The notes under the pieces were generated by a model. It did no database searches. It saw only the letters and a program-made list of their open reading frames with translations, and was not told the origin of the DNA. From an uncultured Brevifollis sp. (GTDB lineage: Bacteria > Verrucomicrobiota > Verrucomicrobiia > Verrucomicrobiales > Verrucomicrobiaceae): a stretch of DNA of 64,000 bases. The stretch is from assembly GCA_964605265.1 (NCBI GenBank), contig CAZSBO010000004.1:488-64487 (forward strand), read 5' to 3'. Position numbers and translations under genes: made by a program. Numbering within the stretch: position 1 is the first letter of the stretch; the number at the start of each line of letters is the position of its first letter. This document shows positions 37,971 through 47,538 of this stretch, piece after piece.

Positions 37971-39350
37971 ATGCTCCTGCGCCTTTTGACCTGCCTGCTC
38001 GCCGCCAGCGCACTGACGGCCGCGCCGCCCAACATCGTGCTTTTCATCAGCGATGACCAGGGCTGGCCCGACCTCGGCTGCCTGGGGCTGAAGCCGATCG
38101 AAACGCCGAACCTCGACAAGCTCGCCGCGGCCGGGGTGCGGGCGACAAATTTCTACGTCACCTGGCCGGCCTGCACGCCCTCGCGCGGCAGCCTGCTGAC
38201 GGGTCGCTACCCGCAGCGCAACGGCCTCTACGACATGGTGCGCAACGACCTCGTCAACTTCGGCCACCGCTACTCGGCCGAGGAATATGCGGTGTCGCCG
38301 GAGATGACCCTGGGCCTGGATCCGAAGGAGGTCACGCTCGGCGACCTGCTGAAGCCGGCCGGCTACGTCAACGGCGTCGTCGGCAAGTGGGACATGGGCC
38401 AGGCAAAGCGCTACCTGCCGCTGCAGCGCGGCTTCGATTTCTTCTACGGTCACGGCAACAACGGCATCGATTATTACACCCACGAACGCTACGGCGTGCC
38501 CTCGCTCTTCCGTGGCAACGCCCGCACCGAGGAGGACAAGGGCAGCTACGTCACCGAGGTGTTTCGGCGCGAGGCGCTGCGCTTCGTCAAGGCGCACGCC
38601 GGCAGGCAGCCCTTCTTCCTGTACCTGCCCTTCAACGCCCCGCACGGCGCCTCGACCCTGGCCGAGGACAACGGTGGCAAGAAACCCGGCGTGCAGGCTC
38701 CCGAGGCCTACAAGGCGCGCTTCCGCGACCGGCTGAAGGACGAGAAGCTCGCGGGTTATTATGGCGCGGTGGCCTGCATGGACGACGCGATCGGCGCCGT
38801 CATGGACGCGGTGGAACAGGCCGGCCAGACCTCGAACACGATCTTCCTCTTCCTCTCCGACAACGGCGGCAGCGGCAACGGCGGCAACGCCCCGTTGCGC
38901 GGGGCGAAATCGACAATGTGGGAGGGCGGCCTGCGCGTGCCCTTCCTGCTTGCCTGGCCCGGCAAGGTGCCGGCCGGCCGGGTCACCGACGAATTCCTCA
39001 CCTCGCTGGAAATCCTGCCCACCCTTCTCGCCGCCGCTGGTGCGCCGGCCCCCAGGGATCTGACGCTCGACGGTTTCGACATGCTGCCCGTGCTGCGTGG
39101 CGACAAGCCGTCGCCACGCACCGAAATGTTCTGGCAGCGCCGCGGCGACAAGGCCGCCCGTGTCGGTCACTGGAAATGGCTCGATTCCGCCAAGGGCAAG
39201 GGACTCTATGACCTGCGCAGCGACCTCGGCGAAACCCGTGACCTATCCAAAGAGAAGCCGGAAGTGCTGCAGATGCTGCAGGAGAAGTTCGCCGCCTGGC
39301 GCGCCGCCATGGACGCCACGGAACCACGCGGTCCGTTCCGCGATTATTGA
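37971..39350 (+). CDS. Arylsulfatase (formylglycine-dependent)
   Basis: PNIVLFISDD, CTPSRGSLLTG, GKW, SDNGG, EGGLRVP. Confidence 0.93.
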   Translation: MLLRLLTCLLAASALTAAPPNIVLFISDDQGWPDLGCLGLKPIETPNLDKLAAAGVRATNFYVTWPACTPSRGSLLTGRYPQRNGLYDMVRNDLVNFGHRYSAEEYAVSPEMTLGLDPKEVTLGDLLKPAGYVNGVVGKWDMGQAKRYLPLQRGFDFFYGHGNNGIDYYTHERYGVPSLFRGNARTEEDKGSYVTEVFRREALRFVKAHAGRQPFFLYLPFNAPHGASTLAEDNGGKKPGVQAPEAYKARFRDRLKDEKLAGYYGAVACMDDAIGAVMDAVEQAGQTSNTIFLFLSDNGGSGNGGNAPLRGAKSTMWEGGLRVPFLLAWPGKVPAGRVTDEFLTSLEILPTLLAAAGAPAPRDLTLDGFDMLPVLRGDKPSPRTEMFWQRRGDKAARVGHWKWLDSAKGKGLYDLRSDLGETRDLSKEKPEVLQMLQEKFAAWRAAMDATEPRGPFRDY

Positions 39351-40552
39351 TGCCCATGTCCTCCCTGCTCGTCCTCACCGGCGGCCGTGCCGTCCTGCCC
39401 GACCGCACCCTCGACAACGCCGCCCTGCTCTGCCGCGACGGCCACATCGAGTGGCTCGGCCAACCGCGCCAGCGCTGGCCGAAGGGAGCGACCGTTGTCG
39501 ATGTCCGCGGCGGTTGGATCGCGCCGGGCTTTGTCGATCTGCACGTGCATGGCGGCGACGGCGCCGACTTCATGGACGGCACGGCCGAAGCGGTGCGCAC
39601 CGCCTGTCGCGCCCATGCCCGCCATGGCACAACGACGCTGTTTCCCACCACCACGACCGGTTCGTCGGCGCAGATTCACGCCATGCTCAAGGCCTGTGCC
39701 GCGGTGCAAAAGGCCTGGTCGCCCGCCGACGGCGCGCGCATCGCCGGCGTGCATCTGTACGGACCGTTCTTCGCCGCCGACAAGGTCGGCTGCCACAGTG
39801 TGGCAGGCCGGCGCGAACCGACAGCGGGGGAGTATGCCCGCTACTTTGCCGACGGCCTGGTGCGCATCGCCACCTGCGCTGCCGAGTTGCCGGGCGCGCT
39901 CGATTTTTACCGCGCCGCCCGGCGCAAACGCTGCCTGATCACCTGCGGCCACTCCAACGCCAGTTGGCCGGAGATGCAGGCCGCCTTCAAGGCCGGCATG
40001 CGTCATGTCGATCATTTCTGGTGCGCCATGAGTTCCGTGGCCTCGGTGCGCGCCCGCCTCGGCGTGCCCATGCGCGGCAGCATGGCCGAGTTTGTGCTCG
40101 CCGAGCCGGAGATGAGCACGGAAGTCATTGCCGACGGCTGTCATCTGGCGCCCGAGCTGCTGCACTTCGCCTGGCGGATGAAGGGGCCCCGCCGGCTCTG
40201 CCTGGTGACCGATGCCAATCGCGCCCTCGATCTGCCGCCCGGTCGCTACCGTTTTGGACCGGAGGGCGACGGCTCCTGGTTCGACAGCGACGGCAAGGTC
40301 GGCTGGGCGCCGAACGGCAGCCTGGCGAGTTCGATCATGGGCATGGACCACATGGTGCGGGTCATGCACCGGGCCAGCGGCGCGCCCCTGCACGAAGTCG
40401 TGCGCATGGCCTCGCTGACCCCGGCCGAACGCGGCGGCATCGCCACGGAAACCGGCAGCCTGGAAGTGGGCAAACGCGCCGACCTGCTGCTGCTCGACCG
40501 GCGGCTGCGGGTACGGCGCGTCTGGCTGGGCGGGAGCGAACAGGCCAAGTGA
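39350..40552 (+). CDS. nagA: N-acetylglucosamine-6-phosphate deacetylase-like amidohydrolase (variant motif)
   Basis: PGFVDLHVHG, GHSNA, IADGCHL, LVTDA, GSLEVGKRAD; HLYGPF instead of HLEGPF. Confidence 0.78.
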   Translation: MPMSSLLVLTGGRAVLPDRTLDNAALLCRDGHIEWLGQPRQRWPKGATVVDVRGGWIAPGFVDLHVHGGDGADFMDGTAEAVRTACRAHARHGTTTLFPTTTTGSSAQIHAMLKACAAVQKAWSPADGARIAGVHLYGPFFAADKVGCHSVAGRREPTAGEYARYFADGLVRIATCAAELPGALDFYRAARRKRCLITCGHSNASWPEMQAAFKAGMRHVDHFWCAMSSVASVRARLGVPMRGSMAEFVLAEPEMSTEVIADGCHLAPELLHFAWRMKGPRRLCLVTDANRALDLPPGRYRFGPEGDGSWFDSDGKVGWAPNGSLASSIMGMDHMVRVMHRASGAPLHEVVRMASLTPAERGGIATETGSLEVGKRADLLLLDRRLRVRRVWLGGSEQAK

Positions 40553-40726
40553 GAGACAACCCCCACCGAGCAGACGCACCCTCGACAAAAACCGTCCTTT
40601 TTGAACCAAACCCCGGCCGGCGCTGACCAAGAACCGCCCAGCCTCCCCCAAAAGAGGCTCATTTGCCAAATTGTGCGCTGCGAAAAAGGCGTGTAGAATG
40701 GCGTTTTAGTGTCGCCAAGTCCCACC

Positions 40727-41773
40727 ATGTCCAGCGCCCCGTCCCAACCCGAAGTGAAGTCCCAGCCCGGCATCGCCGAGTGGAAGGCCATCATCGCCCA
40801 GTATGCCGTGCCGTCGCTGCCGAAATCGCTCTGGCAGGTCTTCAACACCTTCGTGCCCTACTTCCTGACCTGGTACCTCATGTGGCGCAGCCTGGAAGTT
40901 TCCTATGCCCTGACCCTGGGCCTGTCCGTGATCGCCGGTCTGCTGGTCGTGCGACTCTTCATCATCTTCCATGACTGCGGCCACGGCTCCTTCTTCCGCT
41001 CGAAACGCGCCAACGATTTCCTCGGCTTCATCACCGGCATGCTCACCTTCACCCCGTACGGCCACTGGCGCTGGCAGCACTCGGTGCACCATGCCACCTC
41101 GGGCGACCTCGACCGCCGCGGCGAGGGCGACATCTGGACGCTGACCGTGCAGGAGTACCTGGAGGCCTCGCCCTGGAAAAAGTTCGCCTACCGGCTGGCG
41201 CGCAATCCCCTGGTTCTCTTCGTGCTCGCACCGCTCGGCATCTTCCTCATCTACCAGCGCTTTCCGTCGCCCGCCGCCAAGGGCAAGGACCGCCTGTCGG
41301 TGCTGTGGATGAACCTCGCGCTTGCCGCCATGGTCGGCGGCGGCTGCTGGCTGATGGGCTGGAAGGCCTACCTGATGATTCAACTGCCGGTGACGATGGT
41401 CGCCGGCGCCTCCGGCATCTGGATGTTCTACGTCCAGCACCAGTATGAGGACACCTACTGGGAGAAGCGCGACAACTGGGACTACACCACCGCCGCGCTC
41501 GAGGGCAGCTCCTTCTACAAGCTGCCCAAGATCCTGCAGTGGTTCACCGGCAACATCGGCTACCACCACGTCCACCACCTCAGCTCGCGCATCCCGAACT
41601 ACAACCTGGAACGCTGCCACCACTCGCACCCGATGTTCCAGCAGGTGAAACCCATCACCCTGCTGAGCAGCCTGAAATGCCTGTCGCTGCGCCTCTGGGA
41701 CGAACAGTCGCGCAAACTGGTCGGCTACAGCCACCTCAAGAACCTGCAGCACCAGGACCGCGCCGCGGCCTGA
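40727..41773 (+). CDS. Membrane fatty acid desaturase
   Basis: His boxes HDCGH, HSVHH, HHVHH; FYVQH. Confidence 0.93.
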   Translation: MSSAPSQPEVKSQPGIAEWKAIIAQYAVPSLPKSLWQVFNTFVPYFLTWYLMWRSLEVSYALTLGLSVIAGLLVVRLFIIFHDCGHGSFFRSKRANDFLGFITGMLTFTPYGHWRWQHSVHHATSGDLDRRGEGDIWTLTVQEYLEASPWKKFAYRLARNPLVLFVLAPLGIFLIYQRFPSPAAKGKDRLSVLWMNLALAAMVGGGCWLMGWKAYLMIQLPVTMVAGASGIWMFYVQHQYEDTYWEKRDNWDYTTAALEGSSFYKLPKILQWFTGNIGYHHVHHLSSRIPNYNLERCHHSHPMFQQVKPITLLSSLKCLSLRLWDEQSRKLVGYSHLKNLQHQDRAAA

Positions 41774-41840
41774 GCTTGCCGCACCCGCACGATCCCTTGA
41801 CGCGCAAGCAAGGCTGAGAACGGCAGGCGCGCCTGCCGTC

Positions 41841-43415
41841 TCAGGCGTCGAGCATGTAGCCGCCTGCCAGGTGATGGAAATGGCGCACCTGATGCGCCTG
41901 CCAGGCGGCGTCGCGACCGAATTCCGTCGCCAGCAGGGCCGCCACCCGCGGCGCCGCCTCCAGTGCCGCCTGGGCGTCGAGCAGCAGGGCGCGCGTGCGG
42001 CGCGCCAGCACGTCCTCGACCGTGCGCGCCATCTCGTGGCGCGCATGCCAGACCACCTCGGCCTCCAAAAACTCCAGGTGCGGATGCAGGCGCGCGGCCA
42101 GCGTCGGGGCGACCGCGATGAGGTCGCGAATGCCGGCGGCATCGGCGCCATAGACGCGCAGGTGCGAACTCTCCGACGCCGGCGCGCCGGCCGCGCCATG
42201 CACCGGCAGGTCGCGGGTCGGACAGGCGTGCTGATCGAGGCCGCCGACCATCTCGGCGTGATCGATGACGTCCTCGGCCATCTTGCGGTAGGTGGTCCAC
42301 TTGCCGCCGCCGAGGGTGATCAGGCCGGAGGGCGACACCGCGATGAGGTGGTCACGCGACAGCGCCGCGGTCGATTCCGCCTCCGCCTTGATCAGCGGTC
42401 GCAGGCCGGCGAAGACGCTGAGCACGTCGTGGCGCGAGGGATCACGCGCCAGGTAGCGGGTGATCTGGCCGAAAACGAAATCGATTTCCTCAGGCAGGGC
42501 GCGCGGCTCCAGCGCGGCCTGCGCCACCGGCGTGTCGGTCGTGCCAACGACCAGCCGGCCATGCCAGGGCACGGCGAAAAGCACGCGACCGTCATCGGTC
42601 TTGGGAATCATGACGGCGGTGTTGCCCGGCAGGAAATCGGCCGGCAACACGAGGTGGATGCCCTGGCTCGGACTGAGCAGTGGCGCGGCGGCCGGTTCAT
42701 CAAAGGCGCGCACGCTGTCGGCAAAAACCCCCGTCGCGTTGATGACGGCGCGCGCGCGCACCTCAAACTCGCGACCGCCCTCCTCGTCGACCAAACGCAG
42801 GCCGGCGACATGCCCGTTCTCCTTGAGCAGGCCGGTGCAGCGGCAGTGGTTGAGGACCACCGCGCCGTGCTCGGCAGCGGTCTGCGCCAGGTTGATCGCC
42901 AGGCGGGCATCATCGAACTGGCCGTCGTGGTAGAGGATGCCGCCATTGAGGCCCTCGCGCTCGAGATTGGGCAGCAGGTCGAGCACATCGCCACGGGTCA
43001 GCCAGCGCGAGGGTTCGAGACCGAGGCGGCCGGCGAGGCCGTCGTAGACCTTCAGGCCGATGCCGTAAAACGGCCCCTCCCACCAGTGGTAGTTCGGGAT
43101 CACAAAGGGCAGGCTGTGGACGAGGTGGGGCGCGTTGCGACAGAGCAGGCCGCGCTCGCGCAGCGCTTCGAGCACGAGGGCGACGTTGCCCTGCTTCAGG
43201 TAGCGCACGCCACCGTGGACCAGCTTGGTGCTGCGGCTGGAGGTGCCCTTGGCGAAGTCAGACTGCTCGACGAGCAGCACCGAGTGGCCGCGCGCCGCGG
43301 CATCGACGGCCGCTCCCAAGCCGGAGGCGCCGCCGCCGATGATGGCGATGTCAAAACCCGTCGTGGAGGTGAGGCGATCGAAATGGGACTCGCGGCGGAA
43401 GGGAGTGGCGTCCAT
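41841..43415 (-). CDS. glpD: FAD-dependent glycerol-3-phosphate dehydrogenase
   Basis: IIGGGASG, GTSSRSTKLVHGGVRYL, GLRPL, GGKWTTYR. Confidence 0.93.
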   Translation of the reverse strand: MDATPFRRESHFDRLTSTTGFDIAIIGGGASGLGAAVDAAARGHSVLLVEQSDFAKGTSSRSTKLVHGGVRYLKQGNVALVLEALRERGLLCRNAPHLVHSLPFVIPNYHWWEGPFYGIGLKVYDGLAGRLGLEPSRWLTRGDVLDLLPNLEREGLNGGILYHDGQFDDARLAINLAQTAAEHGAVVLNHCRCTGLLKENGHVAGLRLVDEEGGREFEVRARAVINATGVFADSVRAFDEPAAAPLLSPSQGIHLVLPADFLPGNTAVMIPKTDDGRVLFAVPWHGRLVVGTTDTPVAQAALEPRALPEEIDFVFGQITRYLARDPSRHDVLSVFAGLRPLIKAEAESTAALSRDHLIAVSPSGLITLGGGKWTTYRKMAEDVIDHAEMVGGLDQHACPTRDLPVHGAAGAPASESSHLRVYGADAAGIRDLIAVAPTLAARLHPHLEFLEAEVVWHARHEMARTVEDVLARRTRALLLDAQAALEAAPRVAALLATEFGRDAAWQAHQVRHFHHLAGGYMLDA

Positions 43416-43512
43416 GGGGATGGCCTCAGCTTACGGCAGTCGCCGGGCCGGAAGCGAGCCGGGATTTGCGCCGCCGCACTGGCGGGCACGCAAATCGTGG
43501 TTAGCATGCCTC

Positions 43513-44010
43513 ATGCCCGAACCCACCGACCCGCAGGCCGCCGAAGAACAGGCCGCCGTGGCGCGCTACCTCGCCCGCTGGCTCGACGACTGGCTGCGCA
43601 TCCCGGGCACGAATTTCAAGATCGGTCTCGACCCATTGCTGGCGCTGTTCCCCGGCCTCGGCAGCGCCCTCGCCTCCGGTGGTGGCCTGCTCCTCCTCGC
43701 CGAGGCGGTACGCTGCGGGGTCGGCCTGCCGGTGCTGCTGCGCATGGGCGGCAACCTGCTGATCAACGCCCTGCTCGACTTCCTGCCGGCCGGCGGCCCC
43801 GTGCTCAGCGCCTTCTTCAAATCGAACCGGCGCAACCTGCACCTGCTGCAGGCCTGGCAGGCCGGCCGGCGCGAGGAGGTGCGCCGCAGCACACGCCTGC
43901 GCTTCCTGGTGCTGGCGCTGGTGTTCGCCGCGCTCATCGCCCTGGTGCTCGGCCTCTGGCTGGTCAGCGCCTGGCTGATGAGCCGTCTTTTCCAAGCCTG
44001 GACCGCCTGA
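43513..44010 (+). CDS. DUF4112 family membrane protein
   Basis: LDDWLRIPGTNFKIGLDPLL, RMGGN, FKSNRRN. Confidence 0.85.
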   Translation: MPEPTDPQAAEEQAAVARYLARWLDDWLRIPGTNFKIGLDPLLALFPGLGSALASGGGLLLLAEAVRCGVGLPVLLRMGGNLLINALLDFLPAGGPVLSAFFKSNRRNLHLLQAWQAGRREEVRRSTRLRFLVLALVFAALIALVLGLWLVSAWLMSRLFQAWTA

Positions 44011-44011
44011 C

Positions 44012-44040
44012 AAAAAACCCGCGGGGCGAACCCCGCGGGT
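44012..44040 (-). terminator. Intrinsic terminator for cysI
   Basis: 10-bp stem ACCCGCGGGG/CCCCGCGGGT, UUCG loop on the minus strand, followed by a U-run. Confidence 0.85.
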
Positions 44041-44064
44041 GGAAGGCTTCCAGCGTCGGGCGCT

Positions 44065-45861
44065 TCAGCCCGCCTCGCTGACTTTCTGTTCGGCCAGCTT
44101 GGCGGCGCGCTCGGCGAGTTCGATGTGGAACTGCTCGGGCGTCGGCGCCTCACCCAGGGTGCGGGTGCGCGCAAACCAGTCGGCAAAGATCTCGCCATCC
44201 TGGCGCTCGGCCTTGAAGGCCTCCAGGAAGGCACGCACCTTGCCGGGGATTTCGTCGCCGAGGACCGACTTGAATTCGAGGCCGGCCAGGCGGTCACCGC
44301 GGATGCTGCCGCCGACGAACATCGCCCACTTGTTGGGAGCGCGACCGACAAAGCCGAAGTCGGCGTTGTAGGGGCGGCCGCAGCCGTTCGGGCAGCCGGT
44401 CATGCGGAATAGGATGGGCTCATCCTGGAGGCCGAGTTCGCGCAGGCTGGCGTCGATCGAATCCATGAAGCCGGGCAGGGCGCGCTCCGACTCACTGAGC
44501 GCCAGGCCGCAGGTCGGCAGGGCGACGCAGGCATGGGCGACCTTGCGGGCGCGGGTGAAGCCGGCGGCATCGGCGTGCACGACGCCGTGCTTGGCGAGGA
44601 TGGCGTCGACCTGATCCTTCTGTTCCGGGGCGACCTCGGCGATGATGAGGTTGGTGTTCGGCGTGACAATGAGGGGAAGGTCGAGCTCGCGGGCGATCTC
44701 GGCGAAGGCACTGCGGTAGTGAATGCCGTCCTCGCGGTCGACGATGCGGCCCATGTTGACGTAGACGCCGCAGTACAGCTTGCCGTCGCCCTGCTCATGC
44801 CAGCCGAGGTCGTCCTCGACGCTGTCGAAATGCAGGGGCTTGGGCGGCAGGGTCTCGATGCCCGGCAGGCGGCTCACGACCTCGGCGCGGAAGCCGTCGA
44901 GGCCCATGGTTTGCACGGTGTACTTCAGACGGGCATTTTTGCGCTCGGTGCGGTTGCCGTGATCGCGCTGGGTGGTGACGATGGCCTCGCAGGCATCGAC
45001 CACGTGGGCGCGCTTCACATAGAGCAGCGGCTGGGCGAGGAAGGGCCGGGTGGCAAGCTGGCCGTGGCTCATGCCAAAACCACCACCCACCGTGATGGTG
45101 TAACCTTCGACCTGGCCGTCGACCACGTGCGGCACAAAGCCGACATCCTGGGAGTAGAGATCGACGTCGTTGCAGGGCTGGATGGCGACGCCAATCTTGA
45201 ATTTGCGCGGCAGATAGACCTTGCCGTAGATGGGGTCTTCGCCCTCGGCGGCGCGGGTGGCGGCACGCACGGCCGGATCCGGCTCCGGATCCTGGATCCA
45301 GTTCGGCTCAATCTTTTCGCCATCGAGCCAGATGTCGGCGTAGGCGGACGAGCGCCACAGGAAGCGACGGCTGATCTCCTCGGTGAGGCGCTGGGTGTCG
45401 GCACGCACCGCATCCTTGATCGGCGCCGCCGGGCCCATCGTGTTGCGGACGACGTCACCGCAGGCGCCCATGGTGGAGAGACCGCTGTGGCAGACGTGGT
45501 GGATGACCTCCTTGAGGCCGCCCTTGAGCACGCCGTGCAGCTGGATGCCCTGGCGGTTGGTCAAGCGCATGTTGCCCATGGCCTTGGTGCAAAGGTCGTC
45601 ATGGATCAGCCACTGCTGGGCCGAGATGCGGCCGCCAGGCATCTTGCTGCGGATCATGAAGCTCCAGGCCTTGTCCTTCTTCTCCTTGACCAACTGGGCG
45701 CGGCGGTCGCGATCGTCCTGCATGTAGGAGCCGTGATGCTTGAGCAGAATGTTCGCGTCCTCCGGAATGTTCGGAGTGCTGGTGTCGGCGAAATGCTCGG
45801 CGAGTTGGCCGCGCAGACCGGCCGAGGCGAGCTTGAGATCTTCAACGGAGGCTTTGCTCAT
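44065..45861 (-). CDS. cysI: Assimilatory sulfite reductase hemoprotein
   Basis: KHHGSYMQDDRD, YLPRKFKI, CVALPTC and GCPNGC siroheme/4Fe-4S ligands. Confidence 0.92.
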   Translation of the reverse strand: MSKASVEDLKLASAGLRGQLAEHFADTSTPNIPEDANILLKHHGSYMQDDRDRRAQLVKEKKDKAWSFMIRSKMPGGRISAQQWLIHDDLCTKAMGNMRLTNRQGIQLHGVLKGGLKEVIHHVCHSGLSTMGACGDVVRNTMGPAAPIKDAVRADTQRLTEEISRRFLWRSSAYADIWLDGEKIEPNWIQDPEPDPAVRAATRAAEGEDPIYGKVYLPRKFKIGVAIQPCNDVDLYSQDVGFVPHVVDGQVEGYTITVGGGFGMSHGQLATRPFLAQPLLYVKRAHVVDACEAIVTTQRDHGNRTERKNARLKYTVQTMGLDGFRAEVVSRLPGIETLPPKPLHFDSVEDDLGWHEQGDGKLYCGVYVNMGRIVDREDGIHYRSAFAEIARELDLPLIVTPNTNLIIAEVAPEQKDQVDAILAKHGVVHADAAGFTRARKVAHACVALPTCGLALSESERALPGFMDSIDASLRELGLQDEPILFRMTGCPNGCGRPYNADFGFVGRAPNKWAMFVGGSIRGDRLAGLEFKSVLGDEIPGKVRAFLEAFKAERQDGEIFADWFARTRTLGEAPTPEQFHIELAERAAKLAEQKVSEAG

Positions 45862-45949
45862 GTAAAAAAAGGGGGGGCGAGAGGGTGAAAACGCGGGGGA
45901 TGTTGTGCATCGTATCACGCCAGCACGCAAAGGTAAAGAACAAAATTGA

Positions 45950-45975
45950 TATTGTCTATATGCTTAATAGACATT
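45950..45975. promoter_or_regulatory. Putative Rrf2/CymR-like operator upstream of cysI
   Basis: AT-rich inverted repeat TGTCTAT-N7-ATAGACA; 15/26 identical to the site before cysH. Confidence 0.6.
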
Positions 45976-46070
45976 TGCCAATCGGGTTTGCCTGGACTTG
46001 AACGGGTCGGCGCGTTGGGCGACACATGGCACGACTGTCGCTTCTCGGCAGCGTTGTTGGCTGCCCCTGC

Positions 46071-47417
46071 ATGTCCGCTTTTCCTCCGGCCTACCCTTCC
46101 CTCCGCGATCTGGCGGCGCGCCTGCCGTCCTTCGACGTGCTGCGCCGGCTCAGTTCGGGCGAGGACAGCGCGGTTTATCTGGCACGGCAGAAAACGCTCG
46201 ACCGCCTGGTGCGGATCCGCGTCCTGCGTGAGACGGAAACGGAGGCCGGCGCACTGGAGCGCCTGCGCCTGCGGGCGCGCCTGCAGCATCCGCTGGTGAG
46301 CGCCGTCTACGACTGTGGACGCATGGCCGGCGGGCCGCTCTATCTGGTCACCGAGCATGTCGAGGGCGTGCCGCTGTCGGAGGCCATGACGGCCGGGCGA
46401 CTGAAACCCAAGCAGGCCTATGCGCCCGCCCTGCAGCTTTGCGAGGCCCTGCAGGCGGTGCATGCCCACGGGCTCGTGCACGGCTGCCTGAGCGGGCGCA
46501 GCGTACTGCTCGGCACCGGTGGCCAACTCAAGCTGAGCGGCGCCGGCATGGCGCTGACGGCCGCCGGCGAACGCACCTGGCTGCAGGCGCCGACGGGAGG
46601 AATCGCGGGGGATCTGCAGGATCTCGGCCGCACCCTGCATGTGCTGTTCACCGGCGAGGAACCGGGCCCGGACGGCCGGGTCGCCCGCGACCTGCCGCCT
46701 TCCTTTGCCCAGGTACTGCGCCGCTGCCTGGACCCGCGCTCGTCGCGGCCTTTCACAACGGCCACCGAGGTGCGAACCGCCTTGATCGAGGCCGTGCAGA
46801 GCGGTCGGCCCGCCCCAACACCCGCCCCGGCGGTGGCACCGCCGCGGCCGCCCGGCCCGCCAGCGCCGCGCCAGCGACCGGGGCCGAGCCTGCTGCAAAG
46901 GCTGGACGCCTTCCTCTGGAACGGCCTGAAGGTCGGTCTGCACCTGACCCTCACCGTCGTCAGCCTCGGCAGCCTGCTGCTGCTCTACCATTTCAAGGAT
47001 CGCATCGTCATCGAGGAGCGCATCGAACGCCCCGGCGCCCTGCCGCCGCGCACGACCGCCGCCGAACCACCGATCCCGGCCTCGGTCATGGGGGCCCTGC
47101 CCGCCGCACCGACTTTGCCTGTGCCGGCCCCGGTCGCCAAACCCGTGCAACTGCCCGCCCCGCAGCCCGAGCCACAGCCCAGCCCGCTGGAACAACTGCG
47201 CGCCCGCTACGTGCAATCGGTCCAGGCCGCGGCCCAGTCGGCGCTCGACCAGGTGCGGCTCGATCTGCTGCCGCACCTGCAGCGCGAACTCGCCCTGCTG
47301 CAGAGCGGCGCGGAACCGCCGGATGCGGATGAACCCGACCTGCCACCGGGGCTGGCGGAGCTGCGCCGCAACTACCGCGCCGCGCGGGCCGGATTGCAGG
47401 CTGCGACTCCGAAGTGA
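46071..47417 (+). CDS. Ser/Thr protein kinase-like membrane protein (predicted pseudokinase)
   Basis: AVYLARQKTLDRLV, LQHPLVSAVYD, YLVTEHVEG kinase scaffold, but catalytic motifs degenerate; TM helix and Pro-rich tail. Confidence 0.8.
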   Translation: MSAFPPAYPSLRDLAARLPSFDVLRRLSSGEDSAVYLARQKTLDRLVRIRVLRETETEAGALERLRLRARLQHPLVSAVYDCGRMAGGPLYLVTEHVEGVPLSEAMTAGRLKPKQAYAPALQLCEALQAVHAHGLVHGCLSGRSVLLGTGGQLKLSGAGMALTAAGERTWLQAPTGGIAGDLQDLGRTLHVLFTGEEPGPDGRVARDLPPSFAQVLRRCLDPRSSRPFTTATEVRTALIEAVQSGRPAPTPAPAVAPPRPPGPPAPRQRPGPSLLQRLDAFLWNGLKVGLHLTLTVVSLGSLLLLYHFKDRIVIEERIERPGALPPRTTAAEPPIPASVMGALPAAPTLPVPAPVAKPVQLPAPQPEPQPSPLEQLRARYVQSVQAAAQSALDQVRLDLLPHLQRELALLQSGAEPPDADEPDLPPGLAELRRNYRAARAGLQAATPK

Positions 47418-47538
47418 GGGCGAGGACGTCCAAACCCGGCGCCTTGGGACAAGGCACCCCGCCTCCAAACGCAATGCCCCTGGACCAGCGACGCATTTTT
47501 CCGGTTTCTTCGCTGCGTACCTGATGCACACTGCCGTC

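Noticed and set aside
40553-40720. A/C-rich spacer before the desaturase as a possible ncRNA or MITE
   Set aside because: No convincing terminal inverted repeat, second copy or recognisable RNA motif
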